From NCBI GenBank assembly GCA_918797485.1, contig CAKKNE010000002.1, forward strand, positions 4,402,001 through 4,466,000: a DNA stretch of 64,000 nucleotides, written 5' to 3'. Of the stretch, positions 10,011-21,496 are shown one piece after another (within the stretch, counting starts at the first letter, position 1; the number at the start of each line of letters is the position of its first letter). The notes beneath the pieces are model-generated. The model was not told where the DNA came from, ran no database searches, and worked only from the letters and a program-made list of their open reading frames with translations. The DNA is from Pelagomonas calceolata (lineage: Eukaryota). The position numbers and the translations under genes were made by a program.

Positions 10011-13000
10011 TTAATCCAGCTCGTCCTCGTCATAAAGCGCGGCAGGCGGCGCGGGCGGAGGCGCCGGCGCGGCCACCGGAGGCGGAGGAGGCACGTCGTC
10101 ATCGCTGGACGCCGGCCGCCGCTCGGAATAAGACCGCCGCGGCGCCTTCACGGCCACGAACTCCGTCTGGCAGACGACGCACGTGTGCTTGTGCGACTTC
10201 TGGAACCACTCGGCGAGGCACGACGCGTGGAACTTGTTGTGGCACGTGGCGCATTCCAAGTGGGGCAATTTCTTCGACTTGGGATGCAACACCCCGTAGC
10301 AGACGGGGCAGGGCTCGACGCCGTCAAATTCCAAATCTACATCCTTGCGCCAATCTAAGACAGCTCGTTTCGCTGTGGTCGTTTCTGCCGCGGCTCGTAG
10401 CCGCAGGGCCCACCGTCGAGCTTTCTTTTCATCGATGCCCTGGTGCAATCCAAAACTGACACTGACCGACCGAAATGGAAACGCGGGGTCATAACTCAGA
10501 ACCATCTCGATGAGGCACTCGTCGCGCTCGTACTGGGCCGTCACCGTTCGCGCTCTAGAAGCTACTTTGACCTTCAGCGTAGAATCAGGATTGGTCTCGT
10601 CCCCGAAGCCTTCCCTGGCCACAATTGACAAAGCTTTTGCCACTGGCGTTTCCTTGAGGACGTCCACCACTAAACTTCTAGCTCTCTCAGCATCTCGAGG
10701 CCTCGCGGCAGCGCCCCACCGTCGAGCCTCCGCCGCCCTTGATACACATAACCTATGAAGCGCCCAGCATGCGAGTAATGAAGCCGGTTCAGCTTGATGT
10801 TTCTTGAGGTACGCACTGCAGGGGCCGTCTATACACTTGTCGACGGGTCGCCGTTTCAACGCCGGTAAAGATGCTGAAACGATCGCCATACAAGCGTCGA
10901 AGGCTCTACTGATCAAGGGATCGTCCTCGCCCACATCGAGGTCGACGACGGCCCGCAACAGGACACCCTGGTCCGTTTTGGGGGAGCCACAGGCCCCACA
11001 GATCCCAAGGACATCCGCCACACACGCCGCTAAGCGCGGGTTCGCATCGAGCAGCGGCGTGAGCGCCGCGGCGTCGAGGTCTATTTTTCGGCCCTCGTTC
11101 CTCCTTGAAAGCTCCACAATACAAGCCTCGGCGCAATCCAAGGCGGAGACGTAGGCGGGCGAGCCCTCCTCTTTTAGTAGGAAGGCGCAGGCCGTTTGTA
11201 AGGCAGTTGCTACAGTTTCGAAGGGGACGACCCTTGACGCGTCCGACCGTAACACTTGAGCCGCGCAGGCCAGGGCCGCGGCCCTTTGAGCATCACTGTG
11301 TAGGGAGAGGCCGCGCGCCATGACGTCGGCGGCGCGTCGACACGTCGCATCTGTCAAAGAGTATCCTTCTAGAGTCTGCGCGACGAAGCGGCACGAACCC
11401 GCGTCACCAGTTAACGTAGAGAGCGCTCTCTCGGAAGCCGTCCCCGTCGCCGCCAGCGCCCTTACATGTGTAGAATCACCAGAACACAACGCATCCACCG
11501 CAACTTCGCGGAAGACGCCATCGGAGGCCCCCAACCGCCTCACGACTTTCGTCGCGAGCCAGGCTGCAGACGGCGTCGCGTCCGTCGAGGCGTCCCTCAA
11601 CTCAGCTATCTGGTCGCCTAATGCTTTGAAGGGCGCATCTACCTCTGAAGAATCTCGTTGGAGCTTCGCGGCGACGGTCTGCCTCTCGCGCCCGTCTCCA
11701 AACCTGACGGTGTAGAAGGTCTCGTCGTCGTCAACGTGGACCTGGAGGATCCGACAGCCTTCATTCGTTGGTGAGTAAATGACGTCCTCGCTCTGGCGGA
11801 GGGGCGCCTGCTTTTTTATTGATGAAGGGAGCCGTTCGCTCAGAGCCGAGGCCACTCGCAATGAAGCTCCAATATCTCTGTTGGACAGGGCGACCTTCAA
11901 GGTAGCTAGTAGTAGTGAAGGGATCTTGTCGGGCGGTAACGCAATGGTAGAAGCGCCGCCTCCCTGAGAAACGGTAGAAGCGTCCTGCAGGCCGTCCAAC
12001 GCGAGCTCGAGAGCTAACTCCGCATCTACAACGCCGGGTCTCGCATCTAACCGTAGTAAAGCCTCCACTAGGACGTCGTCCCCACCTATTCTAGAGATGT
12101 CGTCGCCACTCTCCTCGAGGAGATCCAGAAACGTGTCGTTGCGTCCTTCCCGCCACGCATCAGCGTTTACCAGCGGCGCCGCGCCCTTCGCTGTTGATGA
12201 ACACTTTGATAGGGCCGCGCGCCACACATCTAGATCGGCGCTTCCTGACACGGCGAGCGTTTCCAGCGCTCTACGAGCCGCTTCATTTTTATCCTCGCCC
12301 CGGACGCAGGACAACGCATTCTCGAAGTCATCCAAAGCGCCCAGGACCAGCGCGCGGCCCATGACATCGGCCGCTAAATCGCAAGAGCGGCCGCACTCCT
12401 TCACGAGAGAAGATAGGGCCTCCCTTGAGGCGTCTACAGCACAAGCTCGTAACGACGCCATAGAAGCGAAGGGCGCTATCGCAGGGTTCCTCTTCAGTAA
12501 ATCTTCGACGGCCTTGCCGGCGGCGCCCGTCAGGACGGACGGCGGGAGCAATGCGAGCACTTTGTCTAGCGAAACGCCGGCGTGTGCTACTAACGAGTCC
12601 CTCGTCTCGTTATCACCGTTCGACGCGCGCTTCGAGGCCAAGTCACATAACGCGTCCATGGTCGTGTCGTTGAGTAAGGACGCGGCCTCGTCCGGAGGCA
12701 ATGCATGCTCCGCGCGTTTTGATAGAGGCGATGCTGCTAGTTCCCCCAGAAAAAGGCAGCGCCTCGAGACACGCGTCAGCGGCAGTGCTTCCTCGATGAA
12801 CGCGAAGGTCAGGTCCGCCCAGCTTGCTGGAGCGGCGGCGAGCACGGCTCCACATGATTTAGCTGTGGCGTCGACTCCTAGTGCTAGAGTGAACAGGCGG
12901 TCCGACGCCTGCTGGGGCTCCGTCTTCGCTAGTGATTTAGCAACTCTCTCAACAGATGAGCGGGACGGCGCTTCTAAACGCAAGAAGGCGGCCGCAGAAG

Positions 13001-14224
13001 CCCACTTCTCGCTTGCGATCGCGACGGCCGCGGCGACGAGTGGTGCACTCCCGGAATTCATTAGGGCGTCGACGACCTCCGAAGGATCCGATAACGCGTC
13101 GCAGAGCTTCGCGACGTGTTGGGAGACGCCCTTGGCGTGGTACCTATCTTTTGCCGCTTTCGCGACGGCGCGCGCGGCCCTCGTGGAGACATCAATTCTA
13201 GTCGAGGCGTGTTCGACGGTCTCCGGGGACGCTATGGAAGCGACGCAGCTCCACAACGCTTGTACTTCTAGATCCTCCTGGTCTAAAGCAAGTAGCGCGC
13301 GCACGGCGCCCGAGCACTTGGTATCCGCAGCGTCATGCGGGAGGCGCTCCAGCAGGGCGTAGCAACTTCGACGCTCCACCGCATCTGAACTTTTGACGTT
13401 CTTGAGGGCGAGCCAGGTCTGGGGCGAGGCGTAGACCTCTCTCAGTGATGATAAAAAGGCGTCGTCCACACCCGTCCGTTGCGAAGCCGCCACCAACTTG
13501 GCCAGGCCACCGAGGACGCGCGCCCTCGCCTCCGCATCAGAATCCTGGAGCATGGACTGCGCGAATGCAATAATGGTACTGCGGTTCCGCGCGGCGCCTA
13601 TCACCCCATTTTCTTTCGGGAAGGCGGCCTTCCAGGCTCTCACGGCGGCGCGCGCGACGTCGGCGTACCTGTGCTTGCTACGCTTTATCTCTACCGGTGT
13701 TTCTCTCTCCGACAGTGTCGCGATGGTGGCACCGGTGCGCCATCGATGCCGTCGCACGAACGACGTCATGGCGTCGAGGAGACCAAACGCGTCCACCTCC
13801 ACGCCGTCGACGCGACGCCTCTCACTGCGTGGGACGCCGCAACGCACGCGTCGGCCGTCGCCGCCCACCACGGCCCCGCTAAACTCGCCTCGACGGACCG
13901 CAACGGCGCGCCGGCCGCAGCGCACGCTTGTAGAGCATCATACAACCCCTGGCGGACGCGCGCGTCGTCATCTTTAAAACCGAGCAATTCGACGACGCGC
14001 GCGTCTCTCAACCAGTGCGCGACCGCTCGCACTTCGGTCGCGTCCACGGCGGAAACGCGCTGTACCAAAGCATCTAACCCTTTCAGCTTCGTGGCGGCGT
14101 CCTTCTTGCCGCACTGCTTGCAGGCCCGTTCTAAATCTCGGTCGTTTCCGGCGAAGCCCTTGCGGGTCACAACCTGTTTATCTGGCGACGGCGCCTCGAA
14201 CGCGGCGAAGCCCACGAAGCTCAT
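10011..14224 (-). CDS. LTN1: E3 ubiquitin ligase listerin; join(14224..13848,13668..10011)
   Basis: N-terminal FVGF, KKDAATKLKGL, GPWW; C-terminal RWD-like region and RING CPVCY..H...C..C.NKFHASCL.EWF....CVVC; GTGCGT..CAG intron 13669-13847 restores the frame. Confidence 0.88.
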
Positions 14225-14424
14225 ACCGTCGAGTCGCTGAACATCACGTAGGCGGCGTGTGTCAAAGCGGCACCTAGTCCAACGGCGTAGTACTGCGGGA
14301 GGCGAGGATTGCCTTTCAGCGCGATGCGCATGAGCGGGAAGAGCGGCGCGTAGAGAATCGGTACCAATAAGGCCCAGTTCGGTTCGCGCTTGTGGACGAC
14401 CTGGCCTTGCGTGCTCTCGGCCAT
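14221..14424 (-). CDS. Small 67-aa membrane protein; TGA overlaps the LTN1 ATG (ATGA)
   Basis: Clean ATG..TGA ORF with two hydrophobic segments, directly downstream of a motif-containing spacer. Confidence 0.65.
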   Translation of the reverse strand: MAESTQGQVVHKREPNWALLVPILYAPLFPLMRIALKGNPRLPQYYAVGLGAALTHAAYVMFSDSTV

Positions 14425-14605
14425 GCAGTGATGCGTGTGGTTTTGCCTAGCGAGAGCACTTCGCTGTGCTCGGCTCTACTCGGCTCTACGTGCGTCAGCG
14501 GTGCTCGGCTGTGCCTTGCGTCAGCTTTGCGCGTCCTAGAGCTTTGTAATTCGCAGCGGTAATCGCTCGCAGGCTAGTTGTGCTGGTTTTGTGGAGCTTG
14601 CGATG

Positions 14606-14629
14606 CCTAGTGTCTTACAGGACGCTAGC
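14606..14629 (+). promoter_or_regulatory. CTAG-bounded motif copy (CCTAGTGTCTTACAGGACGCTAGC)
   Basis: Consensus match in a divergent spacer. Confidence 0.75.
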
Positions 14630-14822
14630 CACGGTTTCACGACATTTTCATTTTGTCACGCGCTTTTGCGCTTGGAGACTGATTTACGAGGTCACAACAT
14701 CGCCGCCAGACGACTGAACGGCTAGACCGTCAACAACTCGCGTCGGGAGCGTTTGTTGATCAATTTTGACTTTTGACCTGCGCTCAAAACTAGACGCCAC
14801 GGCGTCGACGCGGTGTACAAGT

Positions 14823-15441
14823 ATGGGGTGGTTCGGTGGTCGGTCCCTGTGCGGAAATCAAATTGTTGCGGCGCGTCTGAATCATGGCCTCCACGCCATC
14901 GACGCGACGCCTGCTCGATAGCGTGGTGGTGCCCATTCCTCGCCGCTCGACCGAGCCCGGTCGGCCGCGCCATCGCCGAGAAATGACTTCTTGAAGAATT
15001 GTCGGATGCACCCGACACACTGGTTGATTTTCGCACAGGTCGGTCCGACTCCGTCGAGACCGTCGAGGGCGCGCAGGAGGTGGTCTCGCGCGTGAGCAGT
15101 GACTTGGCCAAGAAGAAGGACACGGTGAAGAGCCTGCGCGACGCCGGCGTCCCAAAGGCCTGACGCCGTCGACGCGTGTGTGTCCGCGCAGGCAGAAGAC
15201 GGTCAAGGCATTACGAGCGCAGCGCCGCGAGAGCCTCGTCCACGAGATCGTCGCGCTGAAGTCGTACCGGGACCAGCTCCGCGCGACGCTCGCCGGCATC
15301 GATGCCGAGATCGCGGCCAAAAACACGCGGCTCGCCGCACACGACGCCGAGTCGCGGACGGGCAGCGAGGAGTACCAGCGGCTCAAGACGCCGCGCGCGG
15401 CCAAGAAGCCGGCGCGGAGCGTGTCCGACGGGGAGAAGTAG
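14823..15441 (+). CDS. Small coiled-coil hypothetical protein (MGWFGGRSDSVETVEG...); intron 14839-15038 and a second intron at about 15125-15195
   Basis: Removing the Introner gives a continuous frame; second intron boundaries uncertain. Confidence 0.55.
14839..15046 (+). mobile_element. Introner element (non-autonomous DNA transposon forming a 200-bp GT-AG intron)
   Basis: Perfect 8-bp TSD GTCGGTCC (14839-46 and 15039-46) flanking TIRs CTGTGCGGAAATCAA and TTGATTTTCGCACAG. Confidence 0.88.
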
Positions 15442-15801
15442 GGTCTTGGGCTTGTGTTCTCTTCCCCGCGTTTACCCTGCAAGACCCCCCCTTTTCGCTT
15501 CTTATGGCCCAGAGACGTCCCGAGGTGTCAATGGACATGTATCGGGCACCGAGACCGCGCGGGGGAGGGGTCCAAAAAAAGAGAAGGCAAGGCAGCTCTG
15601 CCTCGCGGGAGGTGCCCAAGCTGGCCGCCGCGCGACTTTAGAACAGCGCTGGCGGTACAGGGAGGGCCCTTTGGGTCTACGCTGCAAGCGAAAAAAGACT
15701 GCGTCAGTATTGCGTACCTGTGGGCCGAGGACGAGGCTGAAACTCGCCAACCTTAACAGGAGGGGCCCAAACAGCCGCCGAATCACCCCGCGCGGCCCGA
15801 A

Positions 15802-16308
15802 ATGGTCCTCTTTGGCGGCCTGGAGCTGATCGCAGCCGGCGCGTTCCTCGGCGGTGGCTGCGCCGCCTGTAGAGAGGCCCCAGCAGACCGCGAGCGGCGA
15901 CGAAGGTCACGCGTGGCCGAGATCGTGACGCGCACAAGGGTACGCTTGATGCGCGAGGGCGACAGAGCCGCGTCTCGCCAATTGTTAACAACACCTGAGG
16001 CGAGCCCGAGCCGGCGACCCCGGCGGAGCGGCTCCGAGGCCGACTTGGAGGCGATCGCCTCCCAGCTCAACTCGCCAACGGACGTCTCCGACGACACGGC
16101 GCTTGGTTTTGATGATTCCGGGCGGCGCCTCGACCGGCTCCTCGACGACGCCGAGCGGCGGCGCATCCAGAAGGCCTACGGCCTCGGCGAGAGCCCGCGC
16201 GCGCCGCACTGGCTGCCGCCCGACCGCGACACGAGCCCGCTGCGCGCCGTCGTGAGCGCTCCCACAACCATGGACCAGCCCGTTGCCCCCTTGGTGGCGG
16301 TCCAGTAG
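15802..16308 (+). CDS. Hypothetical protein with an N-terminal hydrophobic segment
   Basis: ATG-initiated 168-aa ORF, coding-like codon use, stop near the convergent gene end. Confidence 0.55.
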   Translation: MVLFGGLELIAAGAFLGGGCAACREAPADRERRRRSRVAEIVTRTRVRLMREGDRAASRQLLTTPEASPSRRPRRSGSEADLEAIASQLNSPTDVSDDTALGFDDSGRRLDRLLDDAERRRIQKAYGLGESPRAPHWLPPDRDTSPLRAVVSAPTTMDQPVAPLVAVQ

Positions 16309-16324
16309 TGAATTAATAGATCTT

Positions 16325-17243
16325 TTACCTATCTCGCCCCCGATTGTCGTCGAAGTAGCCGCTTGGTACATGTTGATCTCCCAGCCGCTCCGGCAGCGAG
16401 GCGTCGGAGTCCCAGCGCCTGCGTGGGAATAGGGCGTGAGTCGCGCGTCGATGGCGTATGGGTCTCCACGCCATCGCCGTGAAGCAGGACGCGGGCCACG
16501 GACGGCTTCAGGTTGTGCAGGTGCCGCAGCGCAGGCGTGATATAGCGCCAGGTCAAATTGATCCGCACGCCGGCGCCAGTCACTCGCGGCAAGGAGTGCT
16601 CGTAGTCGCGCTGGAACGCTCCTTTCATGACGAGCAGCGACCCATGGCCGAGCGTCACGGAGGTCTCGTTGACGTCACCGCGACGCCGCGTCCGGAACGG
16701 CCGCGCCGCGCCGAGCGAGAGTGAGGGAACGTCGAAGTCGCGGCCCAGCCACGGGTCGTCGTCGGAATGCCACGCGGCGTGTTCAGTGCCGTCCGCGTAG
16801 AGGTTGATCAAGACCGCGTTGAACGACTTTCCGACAGCCCTTTCAACGTCGCGGCGCATGCGGCGCAGCGTCGGCGTGAAGGGGTGTGCGCGTAACCCGG
16901 GCACGTGGTTCGCCGAAAAACGATATTCGCCGACGCCGCCCTCCGCGCACCACATCATGCGCCGCGGGCTGCGGACGCGCGCGCCTTCGATCAGATAGGA
17001 CGTGAAATTGAGCCCAGCATACTGAGCTATCTCGTCGAACATCGCGTCGGCCGTCGCGCGGTCGTAGAAGCGCGGCGCGTGCGCGAGGGCCGACGCGCGC
17101 GACTCGAAGACCGTGGCGAGCGCACTCCCGCGGCGTTGACAACGCGCCAGCGCGTCGACGAGCGGCGCAATGCGCGGCACCTGCACCACGGCCGCAGCGA
17201 CGATTACCGCAGCAGCCGCCGCGCGCCGTGGCGGAGGCCCCAT
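16325..17243 (-). CDS. AlkB-family 2OG-Fe(II) dioxygenase (ALKBH2/3-like); probable intron 16419-16503
   Basis: FNAVLINLYADG..HAAWHSDD, SLSLGA.RPF, LGHGSLLVM, YEHSLP, RINLTWR. Confidence 0.85.
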
Positions 17244-17491
17244 TGGAGCTCGGTGCGCTGCTGCGACGTCGCCAGTGGCTTGGCGCACCAGTGCGCAGTG
17301 CGACGTCGCCTCTGGCAAAGCGCAAAGGAGAGCACTCTCCTTTGCAGGCAAGGTTTGAGTGCCGCGGGCCAGCCACAAGCGCTCAAAGCCCTGATACCCG
17401 CAAGAACACCTCAAAGGCTAACTACTGCGGCGCGAACAGGCGCAAGCTGCGGCGCCTTCGCTTTTGCGACGCAAGCCGATGATCGGCTCTT

Positions 17492-17515
17492 GCTAGTGTC
17501 TTAGAGACCGCTAGC
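17492..17515 (+). promoter_or_regulatory. CTAG-bounded motif copy (GCTAGTGTCTTAGAGACCGCTAGC)
   Basis: Consensus match in a divergent spacer. Confidence 0.72.
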
Positions 17516-17771
17516 TCGATTTCCCGCAAGCACCGGCCAGGCGGTTCGAAGAGGCCTCGACGAGCGCTCGACCGCCCGCAAAGGAGCTCGGACGTCCAAC
17601 ACCCCGCACGCTGAGCATGATCAAAGCGCCAGGCTGCCCATTTTGCGGGACGACTCAGGCTGCACGCCCGCCGAGGCCAGCAGTCGGACGCCTGCAGTGT
17701 CGCCTGGACGCCCACGACTCGCCCGAACGCCTGAAAGCGCCTCAAAGTGCCACTGCCCGCTGGACAGGACG

Positions 17772-18698
17772 ATGGCCGCCCAAATGACGGCCAAGGAGCT
17801 GGCCAAGATGGTCCAGCTCTGTGGGAGAGCCGAGGCCGGCGGCGTCATCGACGACGAGGACGTCAAAGAACTCATAAAAGCCATGGACGACGCCGCCCTA
17901 CCAACGTTAGTAAGAGAGGAGAACTGGCGCAAGGCTCATGAGAGAAGGAAGAAGCGCAACAACAAACCGGACACGCCGGAAGATTCAGAAAGGTACATTC
18001 CGTTCTACGAGAAGGAGGCGCGGCTCGACAACGCGGTGCGGATGCTGCAAGATAAACTGACAGCTAACACGCCCAAGGGCGAAGCTCTCAAGTTATTTCG
18101 ACGAGCGGCCCATGGCAATGATTCCATACCCGTGGCGGAGCTCATCCCGTCATTAAGGGAAACTTTAAGGATCTCCGAGGCGGATCTATCATCTACAGAT
18201 TTGGAGAACATGATCAAGGCGACCACTGATAGGTTTGCCGATGATCAGGGAAATTTGGACCTGGAGTGGATGAGTAACGAAGCTGAACGGTTAATGAAGA
18301 CGTGGGAGGTCGAGCGCCAAACGGAAAAACGTTTGACCCGAGAGACGCCGATGCAGCGGTCCCGACGCATAAAACGGGAGCAGACGCAGATGAGCGCGGC
18401 GGAGCTCAAAGAACGAAGGGACTTGGAGCGGGCGGCGCAGAAGAAGATCGATCGACGGAAACGCGTGGTAGAAAGGTTGGATGACAAGTCGGGCATCGAC
18501 GCCGAGACGGGCGAACCGGTGCAGATCGAGGAGGAGGTGCACGAGCGCACGGACCAAATCAGGTGGAAGACGGGCCATCTCGCGCCCCGCGCTTATGCGG
18601 AGGGGCCTCCAATAAGGCCGCCCGGTTCTCCGCCGGAAGCGGCGAAACGGAAGGCCGCGAAGATGAGGGCGTCCGGCCAGCACTGGGGGACGTGGTAG
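17772..18698 (+). CDS. Hypothetical protein with degenerate EF-hand-like and coiled-coil regions
   Basis: Long ORF; FRRAAHGNDSIPVAEL and ADDQGNLDL loops. Confidence 0.6.
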   Translation: MAAQMTAKELAKMVQLCGRAEAGGVIDDEDVKELIKAMDDAALPTLVREENWRKAHERRKKRNNKPDTPEDSERYIPFYEKEARLDNAVRMLQDKLTANTPKGEALKLFRRAAHGNDSIPVAELIPSLRETLRISEADLSSTDLENMIKATTDRFADDQGNLDLEWMSNEAERLMKTWEVERQTEKRLTRETPMQRSRRIKREQTQMSAAELKERRDLERAAQKKIDRRKRVVERLDDKSGIDAETGEPVQIEEEVHERTDQIRWKTGHLAPRAYAEGPPIRPPGSPPEAAKRKAAKMRASGQHWGTW

Positions 18699-19068
18699 TA
18701 AGATAGTTGTACTAGTACTGGGCGCTCGTGGCGGCGGCATGCGTCCCTGCGGCGCGGCGCTGTGGCGTCGAGCGTGGGGCCCCACTTGCGTGGCCACTTG
18801 CGTGGCCCGGGGCTTGGGTCGCGGGCGTCTGGGACACGGACACGGACGGCTTCCGGCGCGAGTTCGTGGCCAAAGTCATCGTCGTCGACCCCTACGCCTC
18901 GGAGCCGCCGGCCTGCCGCGGCGCTGACTACGTCTGGGCGGCGAAGGACGAGCTCGACCACGCCAACCACGCACTTCCACGCCACCGAGGCGACGGTAGT
19001 CAGGAGTGTAGTCAGATACGCACCGACGGTACTTACGCGGCGCGCGAGCGACGACTCGGACGAGGCGC

Positions 19069-20223
19069 TTAAAGATCATGACGCTGCGCGTACTCGGCCG
19101 CGAGGTCGAGCTGGACCAGCGGCATGCGCAGGTGGTCCTTGAACTTCTCGAAGACTTCGAGCGAACCGTCCTGCTTCCTCCCGCGCTTCGCGTGGAAGGC
19201 CTGGAAGAACTGCGCGTTGACCCGATCTAATGATGAAGGGTCTTCACTGCCACCGGGCTTCTCAATATCATAATTGATGATCGGACCGCCTAACGCGGCA
19301 CCCCCACCGGCGACGCATCTAGGTAAAGCTTGTTGCGACTTGTGGCGCATGTCCGCATTTAATCCAGCCACGGTGCATCGCACCGTAAAGGGATACAGGC
19401 CATTTCTCGGTTGCAATGCCGTTTTGACTTTGGTGCGAGGCGTGGTAATTGCGGGATCGATGGGCGCCTCGTCGGCCGTCTTCACTAATAGTGAAACGTG
19501 AGAACGAGTGCCGCCGTCCTTGCGCTCGCCTCTCGGCCTTCTAAACAGCGGTCTATCTAAAAGAGCGGCGGTCTTGATGCCCCGCAATTGCTTCTCGGGG
19601 TGGAAGACGCGCGTCGGGTGGTCGCGCCACTCCAAGCCGGCGATTTCCCTATTTTCGATCGTGAGGCCGTCTTCAGCAACCAAAACATCTTCAAAAATGC
19701 ACTCGAGCTTCGGCGGTAACGGTTTTGCGGTATCGGCGGCATCTATCAAGCCGAAGGCCGCCGAGATGGCCTGGGCCGTCTCGTACAACGTCGAGTTGCC
19801 TGAGACTATCAGTGTTCTGTACGCCTCTCCGCCGCCCTCCACCGACGCACAGCCTTGGAGTAGTACGGTGAGTTGTAATTGTACAAATCTACAATCTTCT
19901 CGCGTGCGAGGCGCCTCTAGCATGTCAGTCGTTTTCGGTAGCGAGCGGCACAACATCCGTCGGTGTTCTATTTGGGCTGGATCGACAGCAGCTTGAGCAC
20001 CCCGGGCGAACTTCCCACCCGCGTAGTCCTGGGAGTTGCCGTACTGGTCGATCGGCCCGCGGCGCCGGACGGGGCTCCGGTGGCGCCGCCGGCGCGGCTG
20101 CGGCTTGCCCTCGGGCACGCCCGGCATCATTGAATTGTGCTGCAACCTCGACTGGGAGATGGAGCCCGGCGGCAGCGACGGCAGCGCCGCCAGCGCCTCG
20201 TGGACGTTCTGCATGCCGGCCAT
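19069..20223 (-). CDS. Hypothetical protein with a pRiA4b ORF-3-like domain
   Basis: YRTLIVSGNSTLYETAQAISAAFG and LPRCVAG resemble pRiA4b ORF-3 family motifs. Confidence 0.55.
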   Translation of the reverse strand: MAGMQNVHEALAALPSLPPGSISQSRLQHNSMMPGVPEGKPQPRRRRHRSPVRRRGPIDQYGNSQDYAGGKFARGAQAAVDPAQIEHRRMLCRSLPKTTDMLEAPRTREDCRFVQLQLTVLLQGCASVEGGGEAYRTLIVSGNSTLYETAQAISAAFGLIDAADTAKPLPPKLECIFEDVLVAEDGLTIENREIAGLEWRDHPTRVFHPEKQLRGIKTAALLDRPLFRRPRGERKDGGTRSHVSLLVKTADEAPIDPAITTPRTKVKTALQPRNGLYPFTVRCTVAGLNADMRHKSQQALPRCVAGGGAALGGPIINYDIEKPGGSEDPSSLDRVNAQFFQAFHAKRGRKQDGSLEVFEKFKDHLRMPLVQLDLAAEYAQRHDL

Positions 20224-20494
20224 GGCGGCGTTGGGCGGGCGGCCTTCCGGGCGCCGGTCGCTGCTTTACGCGGGGGCGCGGCGGCTGTCCTCGGTCGCGC
20301 GGTGGCCCGGGGGTTCCGTCGGGGTCCCGGGGCTGGTTCTGGGTCGCGGGAGGCGGCGCAAAGTGGCTGCCAATTGCGAAGCCCAACCACCTGATCATCC
20401 TAGTGGGCGCGCGACGACGCGTCGCGGGCGTGCCCCGGAGTGCGTCGGAGGGGTTACCTCCGCGCGGGACGCGTCGCGACGGCTGCTGGTGTTT

Positions 20495-20518
20495 GCTAGT
20501 GTGTTACATGCCGCTAGC
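20495..20518 (+). promoter_or_regulatory. CTAG-bounded motif copy (GCTAGTGTGTTACATGCCGCTAGC)
   Basis: Consensus match in a divergent spacer. Confidence 0.75.
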
Positions 20519-20773
20519 TTGGTTTTTGCTGCTGCTTTTTGCACAAATTGTGACAGTGCTGCTCGCTAATAGGCGGGCTGTGCCGCTGCAGGTGCTGGCA
20601 GTACCACCTGCGCATCTGTGCGCCCGACACCATTGGTTTTTGCAGCGACTGCACGAGATAATTGGCTGAACTTGGCGCTGCAGCCTGCGATAATTGGCGC
20701 CGCAGCGTGAGACTGGCACGAGTAAGCTAGCTGAACTTGGCAGTCTGCAGAGTTGCACAGCCGCAGCGAAACG

Positions 20774-21496
20774 ATGCCAAAAAACGGCACCCTTAGGAAA
20801 AAGAAGCGCATGAAGGCGCGGCGCGGCCTGGACCGCGCGACGGGCGTCGCGGACGAGGGCGGCAACGGCACGCGGCCGCCGCGCACCGCGCTCGCGCGCG
20901 GGCCGACCTTCGCGGACGCGCCGCCGATCCCGCGCGGCGCGGCGGGCACGAAGCGCCCGGCGGACGACGACGACGCGCGCGAGCGTCTGCGCGAGGAGCG
21001 GCGCCAGCGGAAGCGCGCGAAGCGCCGCGGCGAGGCGCCGCCGCCACCCGGCTCCGTCGCCGCGGCGGCCGCCACCGCAACCGTGCCGGCCGAGCTGGCT
21101 CCCGCGTGGACCGGCGACGCGCCTTCAAAAAGGACTTTGGGAGGCGGCATCGTGATCGAGGACACGGCGCTCGGCGAAGGTCGAGAAGCGCGGCACGCGT
21201 CGAGCGTCGACGTGGCCTACGAGGCCTTCGTGTTGAGGGAGGACGGTGCGGTAAGGGGCGCGGCGATCGACCGGGCCACGGCGCGGGACCCCTACGGTTT
21301 TGTGGTCGGTTCTGGGGACGTGATCCGAGGCCTCTCCGAGGGCGTCAAGGGCATGCGCCCGGGCGGACGCCGTCTTATAGAGGTGCCGTGGCAGTACGCC
21401 TACGGTGCGAAGGGCCGGCCGCCGAAGGTGCCGCCCAAGAGTCGCTTGCGCTTCGACGTCCAGCTCCTCGAGGTGGGCGCGGGCTTCGTAAGTTAA
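20774..21496 (+). CDS. FKBP-type peptidyl-prolyl isomerase with a basic N-terminus
   Basis: VIRGLSEGVKGMRPGGRRLIEVPWQYAYG..G.PPKVPPKS.LRFDVQL. Confidence 0.88.
   Translation: MPKNGTLRKKKRMKARRGLDRATGVADEGGNGTRPPRTALARGPTFADAPPIPRGAAGTKRPADDDDARERLREERRQRKRAKRRGEAPPPPGSVAAAAATATVPAELAPAWTGDAPSKRTLGGGIVIEDTALGEGREARHASSVDVAYEAFVLREDGAVRGAAIDRATARDPYGFVVGSGDVIRGLSEGVKGMRPGGRRLIEVPWQYAYGAKGRPPKVPPKSRLRFDVQLLEVGAGFVS

Noticed and set aside
12097..13362. Long antisense ORFs (e.g. 12097-13362, 31485-32354, 27855-29087)
   Set aside because: Shadows of real genes caused by high GC3; no recognisable motifs
13669..13847. LTN1 intron as an Introner with TSD
   Set aside because: Only a 5/8 TSD-like match and no clear TIR; kept as an ordinary intron carrying the internal motif
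18728..19072. Possible NUDIX/MRPL46-like fragment (ADYVWAAKDEL)
   Set aside because: No ATG or promoter space, and the similarity is too weak to call
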